A model generated the notes under the pieces. The model did not search any database, was not told the origin of the DNA, and worked only from the letters and a program-made list of their open reading frames with translations. The translations under genes and the position numbers were made by a program. A stretch of 64,000 bases of DNA from Dysidea avara (taxonomy: Eukaryota), in the NCBI RefSeq assembly GCF_963678975.1, contig NC_089285.1, positions 12,026,725 through 12,090,724 of the forward strand, written 5' to 3'. This document shows, piece by piece, positions 1-11,427 of this stretch (position 1 is its first letter; each line of letters opens with the position of its first letter).

Positions 1-345
1 TTGACACATCATTGACTATTGTGAAATAGTTAACACACCTACATTGACTATTCTAGCTATTCAAACATCAATATGGACTGTTCTGAGAAGGATTACACAT
101 CACCATTGCCTATTAATTACATCTACTTGATATTTGACACATCATTGACTATCGTGAGATGGTTTATATACACATCACCATTGACTAGTAAAGCTTCTTG
201 ATGTTTGATACACCACCTTGGTCTGTTGTAGCTACTGATGTTTGATGGATCACCATTGACTGTTATGAGATGGTTTACATGACACTATTGACTAGTCTAG
301 CTACTTGATGTTTGATACATCATTGACTATAGTGAGATACCACTT
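1..345. repeat. Tandem satellite of ~55-60-bp units (core 'catcattgactat...gatgtttga')
   Basis: The motif 'tgacacatcattgactat' and related units recur 6+ times in tandem from the window start. Confidence 0.7.
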
Positions 346-439
346 CAAGTGATTGAATCACCAACACTGAATACTGTATGTATTGTACATGCAGAATATA
401 CAGTAATCATTCAGACATCAAGTCAGTAGTCCAATGATT

Positions 440-1800
440 GTGTTCTGCTGCAAATTTTGAATGTACCATGGTTGAGAAGTGAGGAAATTAAGAGGTTAAT
501 GCAGTGGAAACTATAGTCCGTTCTTTGGTGCCAACATATGTATGTTTTCTGCAATGATGTTTTGTCCTACATGGTACTTCTGCATTGGATTCCTCATGCA
601 GGTTTTTTTTGTAAGAATAGTTAAAAATCTAAGTTTAAATTTTACCTATATGAAAGAAATAAAGTAACTGAGCAATTATTGGTAGTTTCAGTTTTACTGG
701 TGGTGCACACTGTGATGAGCTGCATACTATGTGTTTACTTTCTACTCTTGCTTCTCCAGACCAAGTACAAGTTTGTATACTGGAGTATTAACTAGGTCCC
801 TGAATCACCCTGTACATGTGTTAAAATAGTATGATGTGACTTTGTATTTTTTTTGCAATTTTGGTCACTGTAGCTTGCATGGAGCCTGTCAACAAGATCA
901 GTTACTCACCCATGCTTGTGTAGTTTGATTTTACCTGCCTTGTTGCTGTAATGTACATCTATATCTGCATCCAGGCCCGATAGTGTCTTGTGCTTCAGGT
1001 AAGTCAGCAGCAGCAGTTAAGATGGAGTGGTATGTCATAAAGATGTGTTTGGTGAGTAGAGGTATGTGTCAGTGTAATAGGGTGTGTAGTAAATATAGTA
1101 ACTGTTCTATCAGGTTTATTTTACTTTATTAAATGAATTATGTAAGGGAAGAGTTTGTGTGTTGAAACTCTAGTCCATTCTTTGGTATGGTATCAATTAT
1201 TTGAATGTTTTATCCTCAATATGATTTCTTGCATTGGGTCCCTCGTACAGGTATATAATTATTTTTGGTTGGGAAGTGTTAACAAGATTAATTTAAGTTA
1301 AATTGAGCAGTATGAAAATATAACTGACATATTGTGGGTAGTATTAGTTCCAAGGTTAAACCACTGGTGGTGTACACAGACCACATGCTTTAATAATTAT
1401 AATATTATGTGCTTACTTGGTAATTTCTTTTATTTGTTTATTTTATCCTCTTGCTTCTCTAGTACAAGTTTGTACACTGGGGTTATCAACAATGCCAGTG
1501 AATGACCTTATGTTACAGCTTGTTTTTATGACCCTAACAAGATAACTGCTTCACCCATTCTAGTGTAATATTTTTTTAATTTAATACATTGTCTTGTTGT
1601 AGTAGCATACATTTAGATCGGCATCCAAGGTGGTTAGTGCTTTTACTTGAAATAAGCCAAGGAAAAGGGCCATGATGGAGTGGTGTGTCATAACAAAGTA
1701 GTTGGTGTGTAGTGGCATGTGTCAGTGTGACAGGAAATGTAGTGAACATGTCAATCTAATGTTGACTGTTCTATTAGGTATATTTGACTTTTGTTGCTCT
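440..1800. repeat. Two tandem, diverged (~75% identical) copies of a ~690-bp unit
   Basis: 470-1140 aligns to 1150-1800. Shared blocks include 'aaactatagtccgttctttggt', 'ctcttgcttctccagaccaagtacaagtttgta' and 'gatggagtggtatgtcataa...gtgtcagtgta'. Confidence 0.6.
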
Positions 1801-3174
1801 GGTAGGCAGTTGAATTGCTAGGTATAAAAAATGTCTACTTTCAGTTCACAGGACTTCACAGTGTGGACTTCACAGGTGCACACAACTACTCAATCAAACC
1901 AGAGTAGAATACTGCTGCCATCCATACTAGATTTTAAATAAGGGAAGAGTGGCTTGATTTTGAAAATATGGACAGGGTGTATTTATGATACATAATGTCC
2001 TGTAATCATATTTTACGCAAAATAAGAATCCTCAATCACTTTCCATACTGATGCCTATAAAATTTATAAGCATCACTGGGTCATATTCCCTCAACTGCAC
2101 AACATATATATCTATCTACATCAGTGAATAAATTTAGAAATACAAATTATGTTTGTATGCAGTGAGATACAGTGTACATGGTAATCTTACCATAATATTA
2201 TAACACATCTAGTAAACTCTACCAAGCGGATGCCACCTTGACATTAAAGTGACCGGTGCATGAACTTTACCCTGGTGCACCCTACCACTTTAAGTGGTGA
2301 TTCTAGACCTGGGGGAGATGTGACCGGATTTGCGAAAAGGGGTCTTTCACACACATCTAATTTACCAACTTTGACGATCCATAAAATTGAAATACAACAA
2401 GTTATTGACCTGAAATTTGGTCAGCCAACATTGCGTAATGGCTAGGAAAATTTCAGATTTGTGCGTCTCTTAAACACAAAGTTATGGCCTTCCAAGTTCA
2501 TGGAATTGGATGTGTGTGGAAGACCTTTTTTTGTAAATCCGGTCACAATACTGTTGCATATAGATTTAGTATAAATTGGAATTTTGAGGGAGTGGGGGAA
2601 TGTAAATTAACACTTAGGTTGTTTGACTTTTGCAATTTAAAGGCTTAAAATGGTTTAATTGATAATTGTTAAGAATACTAAGAACAATGCCTATCTATAG
2701 CTAGCTGTACTATAACTTACCCCAATAGTTTAAGTAATTCATTGTTCAGCAAGGGAAGGAGGCACATGTCTCTCCAGGCCCACTTCCTTAGAATAGCCTA
2801 TGCTACCAACTCTCAGATTAAGGATAAGATCCCAGGGCTAGCTCACCCCCTTCCCTCTACCTAGTGCATACACTTATTCTACTCGTGCATACACTTATTC
2901 TACTGAGTCTGTCAGTGAAGCATATAGCTATAAGGGAAGCCTCAGCCTAGACGGAAGGAAGGGGAGATGCATTCAATGTGCTTCTTTTAAAGGAGGATAA
3001 GCTAATATCGCGATAGTGTGTAGAAACCTTATTGTAACTGAGAGCAGTGTAATAACGTGCATGCATAATGGCTTCAATTAATTGGCCAATTAACGCTGGG
3101 TGGCCACAAAGCCAAGCCAACCAGATATGGTAAAGCTCAACAGTTTCAACTTTGGAAATTGGATTTGGTGAAAT

Positions 3175-3250
3175 CGAATTTCCAAAACTACAAAGCAAAA
3201 AACTTTAGCGCTTGGCGCGCGCAGCACGCCAAGCGCTAAAGTTTTTTGCT
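3175..3250. repeat. Perfect inverted repeat (hairpin); 30-bp arms 'ctacaaagcaaaaaactttagcgcttggcg' around a GC-rich loop
   Basis: The right arm is the exact reverse complement of the left arm. The centre is 'cgcgcgcagcacg'. Confidence 0.85.
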
Positions 3251-3599
3251 TTGTAGGTATAATAATAGGATGATGGAAAGATACCTCTATCCAGAAGTGG
3301 CGAGAAAACTGTTTACAATAATTGTGACAAATATATTTGTTCAGAATTTACACCTTTTTATTTCTATAACCAGCCTTATAGTCCATTCGCAATAAGCAAC
3401 CAAGGTATGCAGTTAAGTTTATGATTTCTGTGGGGTGCCTGCTTTTAACTGCAAACCCATGTTTTCCAATGCAAACCCATGTTTTCCATTTTGTCCGGGT
3501 CTGACCCACTTTGCAAATTATCTGGGTTAGATCTCATGTGTGAAGAAAATTAATTAGTTGGGATGATACGGAAGTGTATAAATGCGTCATAGTCAAGCC

Positions 3600-3910
3600 C
3601 AGCTTCTTTCGTGAGCCACACCCACTTATTGGATGACTGCAGCCATACGTTAAGCCACGCCTATTTATCGGTGGTATTGATTCTAGGTATGCACAAATCT
3701 GCATGCTGAGCCACGCCGACTAATCGTCATACGAGACATGGTCTAGCCTTGCAACAGGCCAGCTTTCATGACACTTTCACATTGGGAATGCGTTGTAGTT
3801 ACGGTCTGTTAGGTATGGTGAAGTCACACCCACTTGCAGGAAATGTGTCTTGAAGAGACAGGTGTGGCTTACTTTCTGCAAACTTACGTGGAACCACGCT
3901 GAATAATACC
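3600..3910. repeat. Degenerate tandem repeat (~50-60 bp) with recurring 'gccacgcc/gccacaccc...atcg' cores
   Basis: Five or more related cores: 'gagccacacccacttattgg', 'taagccacgcctatttatcgg', 'tgagccacgccgactaatcg', 'gaagtcacacccacttgcagg', 'gaaccacgctgaataatacc'. Confidence 0.4.
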
Positions 3911-4479
3911 TGCTTAGTTTTATAATTATAGCTACTTTCGTACATATATAACGGACTAGTCGAGTACTCAAAGTGTAGCCCTCAATCCAGCTCTGCGGGT
4001 CAGCAGTAGTAACCCGGTTTCAACGCTGGTACATATAGAAGATTTAATTGTTCATCAGTTAAACTGTTGTTCAGTCTTAAATTAGCTATTGCTGAAAACG
4101 TGCAGTTTGTGCTAGCTATGAACATGAAAAGTGATGTTGCCGCAGGCCTGTTTATGCATTGTAGACTGGCATGATCAGCTTTGCCAAAAGGTATCCGTAC
4201 ATATAACGGATTGTTATACATTAATTAGCTATAATTTGTATAGAAGCCTTATTCGAGTAGTATGTGGTCATAGCAGACAATTTATGGGTAAGAGTGGATA
4301 GCCTCGTAGGGTTTCACTGCTCTAGATGCTTCAGTCTTCAGTGAATATAATGCGCTTACAAGGATTGTCACTTAATACGTGATCGTCTCGAGCAATTATC
4401 TCGTCTAGCTTGTCTTCTAGTCGTCTATAGCCATTAGAGATGCGCCTCGTCTATTTAGTCTCAAGGCACCTAAAATGCT

Positions 4480-5290
4480 GTGGTAGTGACATTTATTTAC
4501 ATTTGCCAAATAAACATAGAGTTTTGTAAATGCCAGCTAGATGCACATCGGATAATTGAATTGGGCTACTGGCCAGCTATGATCCTTCATCCAATTGGAA
4601 CCAGTTTCACTGTACCAGGTAGGTTATCCCACATACCAAATTTGAAGAAAATCGCCTTAGCCATTTATACCAGTGGCCAAAATTTAGCTTTATTTCTTCA
4701 TTTTTTTCTTCTTATTCTTCGTCTTTTTGCACACTTTGAAAAATTACTATGAAACACACACATGTAATCAGATTACCTTGAAATTTGGCACACATAGAGG
4801 CAGTCCAAAGGCAAATCCTAGTATCAAATTTGGCACAAAAGTGATGAATGGTTCAGGAGTTATGACCGATTATTCACGTAAAACAAGATCGATTTGTTGT
4901 CATGCCTAGAGGGAAAACTGTTTCATGAAATGAGTTTAAAATTGGTTTGTTGATAAATCAACCATTGTAAGAGTGCCTTTTGGTGGTTTGAAAACAGTTG
5001 AAATTAAGATCTTGGAGATATGACATGAAACCTAAGGTGAGTAACAATTGCGCAATCGAGTTTTGTGAATAAAATTACCAATACTTTTCATGCCTACCAG
5101 GCAAACCTCTTAGAGTAATAAGCTGAAAATTGGTGTGTGGCTGGAATAATAATCGTAGAAAGTCCTTGCAGTAGTACAGAAGAATCAGATTACAAACCAT
5201 TCAGTTATGATTCGAAAGCCAACCATGTGTAGCAAATGCGAGATTAAATACTTTAATAGAGCACTCAGTTACATTTATGGCTTGCTCCAT
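4480..5290 (-). repeat. Element X copy 1, reverse orientation; same family as 38575-39140, 50283-51990 and 63625-63803
   Basis: The reverse complement of 4730-5290 aligns to 38585-39140 (e.g. 'gtagaaagtccttgcagtagtacagaagaatcagattacaaacc' against 'ggtttgtaatccaattcttctgtactactgcaagga'). 4480-4730 aligns to the longer extension of copy 3 (51780-51990). Confidence 0.65.
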
Positions 5291-5480
5291 TATAGAATTT
5301 TCTGTTACATTGCAAGTTATCCTGTAGGGAGTTCAGCTGCAAACAGTTAATTTTATAGACTATTCAGCTACAAGCCAAGTCACCCTGCAGAGAGTTCAGC
5401 TACAAATGTATCACTGTAGAGATTCAGAACTTTACTAGCCACACTGAAGTGAGTTCAGTTATAAACAAGTCATGCATACG
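5290..5480 (-). repeat. Degenerate copy of the 30-bp satellite ('ctgaactctctacagggtgatttgtttgtag'), reverse orientation, next to X copy 1
   Basis: Units 'cctgtagggagttcagctgcaaacag' and 'ccctgcagagagttcagctacaaatg' are the reverse complement of the satellite monomer. Confidence 0.6.
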
Positions 5481-5519
5481 GTGGCCCTATAGGTCGCGCC
5501 ATGTGCCAATATCTAAGCG

Positions 5520-5700
5520 ACAATAACCATGCGACGATAGACGTATTCTATGTGACGATAAATAATAACGATGTGACGATAGATAATAACGATGTGACGA
5601 TAGAAGATAAACAAACAACGTTACCTATGCGACAATTGATGATAACTAAGTGACAATACAGATGCAGCGATAGTTCATAACCAAGCAGCGACATACCAGG
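5520..5700. repeat. Minisatellite, ~20-21-bp unit 'gatgtgacgatagataataac'
   Basis: Nine or more tandem units ('gcgacgatagacg', 'tgtgacgataaataataacgatgtgacgatagataataacgatgtgacgatagaagataa...'). Confidence 0.75.
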
Positions 5701-7640
5701 CATAAAACATGTGCAAATTATGCGGCGTGCATTAATTAGTGGTAGCTGTTGTGTTGGAAGCATTAAGATGTTAAAGGAGGCTTTAATTTCATCGCTGGTG
5801 GTGCTTATTCTTTGTAATCCTTGTCATTCTCTATCAAAAACGGATCCTAAAGTTGATGGTAATATATGTCATTAAATAATTTTCTCTATATTCCTTTTAA
5901 TGCTCAACCGTGTTTACAGTTGTACATGGATTTTTTGATAATGAGTAATGTTTACTTTGTCAGGGCTAATTCGGAAATACTGGTTTCAGTATAAGAAGAT
6001 CACAGTAATACTTGCTTACCTGCAGGTTGTACATCGTGTTTCAGTCGGGTAGAGTCACTGTTGTATGATATTTCATGAGATACACACAACACTTCCATTG
6101 CAGTCTGACATGGCTGAAGAAGAGACTTCACAGCCTGGGATTGCACCGGCAGGGACCATTAGTTCGTTATTCAGCATTGTCGCTTGTGCAGACAGCAATT
6201 GAAGTAAGACTTAGGGAAGCTATATGTACTGATATAATGTACTACTAATACTCTTTGTTCTGTAGGTTTCTGTTTTATAGTTCTGAAGGTTTAGGTCATA
6301 GGCAAAACCTATTTTTATAGAACATCTTAGCATAGAGTTACAGTGCGGTGGATGGGCGTGCCATTAAAGCCGGTTCTTCTAGTCTATAAAAATGTGCTAC
6401 TAATATTATGTACTATTTTTATGTTTGCGTTGCACTATTATTGCAGAGAGAGTTAGAAGGCTGTAGAAATAACGTGGGATACAGGCAAATGTGGATGATC
6501 CTGAAACAAAAACATCACTTAGTAGTCAAAAGGTACTCGCTGCTAGTTACTTTGCTACTAATTTTTGCTATCTGCCTTTTTCATCACACAGGAGTACTGT
6601 TCAAATGACGATGGCTGTACTTGATTCACAAGGTGCTAAAAGACGAAGAAGGCGGCAACTCAAACGACGGCTATATCAGAACAAAGTAAGATCAACTTTG
6701 TAGTTTTGAATTTGTTTCATTAAACTACAAACAGGGCCCAGACTTTGTGTGACACTTGGATGGCTATGATAAATTGAAGCCATAAATAATTCATGGTTGT
6801 ATTGATGGGTAAGTTTTTAGTGGATGGGGCATCTGTGTTTATCCATCTTGCTGTCAGAAATATTCCACATGAACCCAATGGTTAAGTTCATATTTATTTC
6901 TGAGGTAATATAAGAAAACTGTGTCATCAATCAAAACAATAATGATGATGGTTACAGACTTCCCATAATCACTCAGTACCGGAGAACTGTCCTTGCCACC
7001 ACTATCAGTACAAAGATAGAAAACTTCTAGTCCCTTTACCCAATAATGCAGCCTACTTTACCTGAGGCAGGTCGTGGACCTAGCTAATACCCGTATGCTC
7101 ACTGCCATAGATCTTCATAATGAAAACTGCAGTGTGTATCAAATCCAAGCCAAATGCAGTGTTGCCATGGTGAGACAAGATTGGCAAAATGTCAGTAGAA
7201 CACCTCTCAGCCACTTGTACACATAATCCACCTCCCAGGGTTGTTATTACTTGTGTATTGTGTGCCATATTCCAAAGGTTTTCACGCAAAGTGATATGGC
7301 TGAAAGTGATGACAACTAACAATGATCCTAGTGTCATCTTACTTCCGTACCTGTTGTCTGTGCTACAAAATAATGGTGTGGCAGGTTATAGCTGAACAAA
7401 TCTATTACCTTTATTTCTTGAACAGGTTGTCCTAGTATTGTACGATCTGATCATGGCACTGAGAACACTACCTTGGCTGCATGTCATATGGCTTTGCGTC
7501 ATAGTCATGATGATGAGTACAGTGGAGACAAAAGCTTTCGTTTTGGACCTTCAACAACAAACACAGTTGAGTCAATAGACGATATGCGTACCGTAAGCTT
7601 CCTAATTCTCGCGTGACTTCTATGACGCAATAATAATGCC

Positions 7641-9233
7641 ATGGCAATGGTGGAAGGTGTTGAACTGTATCGTTCATGGACTGTAGACCAACTTGAGGCT
7701 TTTCTACGAGAGAGACGTGTTCCTCTGTCTGGAAACAAAGAGCAGTTAGTTAAGAAAGTCACTGATATTGTTGCAACGGATGATTTAGAAGGGCAAATCC
7801 AGGCTGTACCATTTCAACGTATTGATTATCCTTCCCCTCCTGAGTTCTCTGAGCTTTCAAATGACGTTAACTGGACAGGAGATGACTTTCCACTGGTTGC
7901 AGAAAGTAGTGTTACTACTTATCTCAAAGATAGAGATGGATATACCAAGAATTTTCGAACAGGTGTTCGTCTGTGCCAATGTGGACATTTGTTTAGCTTA
8001 GAAAAGGCCATATGCAATGATTTTACATATGTTAAGGCAAAATGTAGGCCCACAATGCGACAGGTTCCTTCTTCCTACTGCTTGTTTGTTAAGTTAAATA
8101 TGTTAAATGCCACTGGAACACCTGTTGCTGGTAACTGTAAATGTCCTGCTGGCAGCACACAAAGCTGTGTGCACATTGCTGCATTGCTTATAATGCTATC
8201 CGAGATCACTCCACAAGCTTGCACAAGTGTGAGATGTGCATGGTCCAGACCTTCTCAAGGTGGAAAGCCATCTTTTTCTGTAGATCTAGATTTTGGCAAG
8301 TCATCATCAACTGGATATTTTCCATACACTGGGACCTTGGTATCATTGGATGAACTTATTCAAGGACTGGAAGATGCTGGCTGTGATGCTGGCTGTGATG
8401 CTGGGATTTGCCATTATTTTAACCAGGAATCAGAGAAAAATCAACAAGCGTTTCCATCACCAAGCTCTAATCCAGTGTTAATAGATCCTCTTGACAAATT
8501 ATGTGAAATATGTGCAAATCGTGATGTCAATAAAAGTGATTTAGTTGAAGCTTTAAGGCCTACAGCAGAAGATGTGCAACTTATACAGAACATGAGTGTT
8601 GGTCAGAGAAACAATCCTCTATGGTTAGATGCAAGGCAATGGCGAGTCACATCAAGTAATTTTGGTAGGGTGTGCAACAGACAGTTTCGACACTCCTATC
8701 CTTTATCTTTACTTAAAACTGTTTTAGATGATTATGGAACTCCTCATTCAGCAGCATTGCAATGGGGATGTGATCACGAAAGCAGTGCTGTTCAGCAATA
8801 CATGGTTGCAACCAGTGTGCAGGTTGATGAATGTGGAGTGTTTTTAAGTGTAGACTATCCTTTTCTGGCCACATCTCCTGATGGTTTCATTTGGCTTGAG
8901 AATGAAGAATTTGGTATTGTAGAAGTAAAATGTCCATATAAGCACCGTGACAGCTCCATTGAAATGGCATGTCAGGATTCTGCATTTTGCTTAAGTGTTG
9001 ATGGTAGTCAAGCAAGATTAAAACGAACACATGATTACTACTATCAAGTTATAGGCCAGCTTGCACTATCTGGTGCTAAATTTTGTGACTTTATCGTATG
9101 GACCAAGGTAGACTTTCACAGAGAAAGGATTTTACCAGATGATGAACTGTGGAGTGAAATGAGTAGAAAACTTTCTCACTTTTATATGACTACGTTGGGT
9201 GTTGAGATTTTAGCTAAATTATATAGTATGTAG
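7641..9233 (+). CDS. SAP-like / SWIM zinc finger / YqaJ (lambda-exonuclease-like PD-(D/E)XK) nuclease-domain protein, 530 aa
   Basis: Intact 530-aa ORF. An SAP-like helix motif lies at the N-terminus ('TVDQLEAFLRERRVPLSGNKEQLVKKV'). A SWIM-type CxC...CxH motif follows ('CQCGHLF...CKCPAGSTQSCVHIAALL'). The YqaJ catalytic motifs are present ('LATSPDGF...GIVEVKCPYK'). Confidence 0.65.
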   Translation: MAMVEGVELYRSWTVDQLEAFLRERRVPLSGNKEQLVKKVTDIVATDDLEGQIQAVPFQRIDYPSPPEFSELSNDVNWTGDDFPLVAESSVTTYLKDRDGYTKNFRTGVRLCQCGHLFSLEKAICNDFTYVKAKCRPTMRQVPSSYCLFVKLNMLNATGTPVAGNCKCPAGSTQSCVHIAALLIMLSEITPQACTSVRCAWSRPSQGGKPSFSVDLDFGKSSSTGYFPYTGTLVSLDELIQGLEDAGCDAGCDAGICHYFNQESEKNQQAFPSPSSNPVLIDPLDKLCEICANRDVNKSDLVEALRPTAEDVQLIQNMSVGQRNNPLWLDARQWRVTSSNFGRVCNRQFRHSYPLSLLKTVLDDYGTPHSAALQWGCDHESSAVQQYMVATSVQVDECGVFLSVDYPFLATSPDGFIWLENEEFGIVEVKCPYKHRDSSIEMACQDSAFCLSVDGSQARLKRTHDYYYQVIGQLALSGAKFCDFIVWTKVDFHRERILPDDELWSEMSRKLSHFYMTTLGVEILAKLYSM

Positions 9234-9302
9234 TTAATTTGTGTATAATTATAACGTGATATTTCAATTTGAAATATAACCATACAAATGAATTACATGT
9301 AA

Positions 9303-10736
9303 CTACTTAATAAGTTTTTCTTTTAAATTACACAATGCACATACTACAACTATCATGTCATCAACTATTCTTTTGCTGGTACGGTTACACAATGTCTCTG
9401 TAAAAATTTTGTATTCCTTAATCCTCCTTATTGCATTTTCAACTCGTATTCGCACACTGGCAATACTCCGAGATTGTCTAGCCTCTTGAGCTGCAAGTGT
9501 GCCCCCATTCAAAAAACTGGGTATAGTCAAAAAGCATCTTTTCTGGGCAAACAAGCCTCGTGCATTATATCCTTTATCAGCCAAAATTCTTTGTCCTGGT
9601 TTTAGTTCTTCTAATAATCCACTGTGCTCACTAGTGAACCTGTCACTACTGTTTCCTGAAAATCCAGCAGAAACAAAAACAAATACACCTGTAAAGGTAT
9701 CAATAGCAACCAAGTACTTCACAGTTGTATGGCTTTTATAATCACTATAAGAAGATTTCTGTGTTGCCAGGTTGCTTGGTCGCTGAATAAAAATTTCAGT
9801 ACCATCAATTATAGCTACAGAATTTGGCAATAAATCATAAGGTGCTACAGATGGACCAACACATGTCTGTGGCCATCGTATAAGCCTTTTAAATTGAGCA
9901 TTCAGAAGAGGTATCCAATGGTTCAGAATACGTGAAATAGAACTTTGCTCAACATTGAAGCGGCATGCCAAGTCACTTTGAGTATGATTGTGCCGGAGTC
10001 GCATCAACACAAGTAAAAGCTTTTGAGTTGGTGAAAGTGTTTCACTGGCTCTTTGCTTACTTGCTACTGGCTGTAACCAACAATCAATGCAATCAAATAC
10101 CTTGCGTGATATTTCAGTGTACATATTTACTTGAGAGTCATTAAGCAAAGTCACGTTAAGTCTTTGTAAATGGGTATTAAGAAATAGAATATGTTCCTTA
10201 AGCTTTACATTCTCTAAATGTAACTCTCGATTTTCCTGGAGTAAGCGCTCCACATTGCAGTCAGCTCTCAGTGGATCTGGTATTCCTTCTTCAGAAAATT
10301 CACATGGCTGCATGTAATTTGGTGTCTGAAGGTCATTGTCAGTTTCCAGTGTGTTCTGGTGTGTGTGTTGGTCACTATCAGTCATCTCCGTGTTCTGGTG
10401 TGTGTGTTGGTCACTATCAGTAATCTCCGTGTTCTGGTGTGTGTGCTGGTCACTATCGGTCATCTCCATGTTCTGGTGTGTGTGCTGGTCACTATCAGTA
10501 ATCTCCGTGTTCTGGTGTGTGTGCTGGTCACTATCGGTCATCTCCATGTTCTGGTGTGTGTGCTGGTCACTATCAGTAATCTCCGTGTTCTGGTGTGTGT
10601 GCTGGTCACTATCAGTCATCTCTGTGTTCTGGTGTGTGTGCTGGTCACTATCAGTAATCTCTGTGTTCTGGTGTGTGTGCTGGTCACTATCGGTCATCTC
10701 CATGTTCTGGTGTGTGTGTGTGTGTGTGCTGGTCAC
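9303..10736 (-). CDS. DDE_Tnp_4 (PIF/Harbinger/ISL2EU-type) transposase catalytic region, preceded by an H/T/Q-rich 13-aa tandem repeat
   Basis: An HTH is present ('LSPTQKLLLVLMRLRHNHTQSDLACRFNVEQSSISRIL'). The DDE core blocks are present ('VAIIDGTEIFIQRP', 'YLVAIDTFTGVFVFVSAGFSGNSSD', 'ILADKGYN', 'RIRVENAIRRIKEYKIF'). Confidence 0.65.
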   Translation of the reverse strand: MTSTHTHTHQNMEMTDSDQHTHQNTEITDSDQHTHQNTEMTDSDQHTHQNTEITDSDQHTHQNMEMTDSDQHTHQNTEITDSDQHTHQNMEMTDSDQHTHQNTEITDSDQHTHQNTEMTDSDQHTHQNTLETDNDLQTPNYMQPCEFSEEGIPDPLRADCNVERLLQENRELHLENVKLKEHILFLNTHLQRLNVTLLNDSQVNMYTEISRKVFDCIDCWLQPVASKQRASETLSPTQKLLLVLMRLRHNHTQSDLACRFNVEQSSISRILNHWIPLLNAQFKRLIRWPQTCVGPSVAPYDLLPNSVAIIDGTEIFIQRPSNLATQKSSYSDYKSHTTVKYLVAIDTFTGVFVFVSAGFSGNSSDRFTSEHSGLLEELKPGQRILADKGYNARGLFAQKRCFLTIPSFLNGGTLAAQEARQSRSIASVRIRVENAIRRIKEYKIFTETLCNRTSKRIVDDMIVVVCALCNLKEKLIK

Positions 10737-10815
10737 TATCAGTCATCTCCGTGTTCTGGTGTGTGTGCAGGTCACTATCAGTCATCTCCATGTTCTGGTG
10801 TGTGTGCTGGTCACT
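10340..10815. repeat. 39-bp coding minisatellite (~12 units 'ttctggtgtgtgtgctggtcactatcagtaatctccgtg') carrying an expanded (TG)9 microsatellite at 10709-10732
   Basis: Periodic 39-bp units. One unit has (tg)9 instead of (tg)4, a +10 nt change that shifts the frame by one. Confidence 0.85.
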
Positions 10816-11427
10816 GTACGTCTCCTCACTGGGCTGTTGGCTGTGCTGACAAGGTTGCAAACTGTGCAATTCTTCATAGTGCTGCTCAGCATTAGAATGA
10901 TCAAGAACTTTACTTCTAATAGGTTTCTTTGGTAGTGGCCTTCTCTCTAACAGTCTTCTCTTCTTTGGTGCAGAAGTAGTTGCAGAATAGCTAGTTGGCT
11001 TTTTAAAATAAATTGGTAGGACATCTTGGTTAACTCTACTAGGCCCTTTAAAATCAGCATAATGCACGTTGCATATTGCAACTTCCTCTGAAGGTTGCCA
11101 CTTAGTTCTTTGCAAGCCTTGCCGGGTATGGTTGATCTTTTCAATTACAGCTCGTTTGACAAGCTCGGGCATACTGTGAATGTTGTGCAAAGTTAAATAC
11201 TCACGCCTCTGGCAGCCTTCAATTCGTGGCAGTGGGCAATCACACAGCCGATTTCCAGCAACATCTTCCGGGCACTTTCCTTTACTATTGTTGCAACCCC
11301 AAACACAACACTGGCGTTTCGACATATTCATTAAATCGCGCACTAGGAGGTTAACAAGAAATGATCTTTCAGCATGTGTTACCATTGAGATTTCATGAAA
11401 TATGCGAATTACGAATTCTCGTAACAA
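10687..11427 (-). CDS. THAP zinc-finger DNA-binding domain. This is the N-terminal part of the same transposase gene, separated from 9303-10736 by a +1 frameshift
   Basis: 'MSKRQCCVWGCNN...' is the C2 half and '...AICNVHYADF' the CH half of a THAP C2CH module. The ORF ends in the same 13-aa repeats ('QHTHQNMEMTDSD'). Its frame differs from 9303-10736 by one. Confidence 0.55.
   Translation of the reverse strand: MLREFVIRIFHEISMVTHAERSFLVNLLVRDLMNMSKRQCCVWGCNNSKGKCPEDVAGNRLCDCPLPRIEGCQRREYLTLHNIHSMPELVKRAVIEKINHTRQGLQRTKWQPSEEVAICNVHYADFKGPSRVNQDVLPIYFKKPTSYSATTSAPKKRRLLERRPLPKKPIRSKVLDHSNAEQHYEELHSLQPCQHSQQPSEETYSDQHTHQNMEMTDSDLHTHQNTEMTDSDQHTHTHTPEHGDDR

Noticed and set aside
4727-4909. 60-aa ORF in X copy 1, mirrored by the 80-aa ORF 38954-39196 in X copy 2
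   Set aside because: It is conserved only as part of the repeat DNA. It is very short, has no motif, and sits in an element present in many truncated copies. It is more likely non-coding repeat sequence.
8141-8481. Short plus-strand ORFs (70 aa, 62 aa) overlapping gene 1 in other frames
   Set aside because: They are internal out-of-frame ORFs within a well-supported 530-aa CDS.
10336-10935. Plus-strand ORFs (199 aa and 178 aa) rich in 'VFWCVCWSLSVIS'
   Set aside because: These are the opposite-strand reading of the 39-bp coding minisatellite of the minus-strand transposase. They are low complexity, and the real gene (THAP/DDE_Tnp_4) is on the minus strand.
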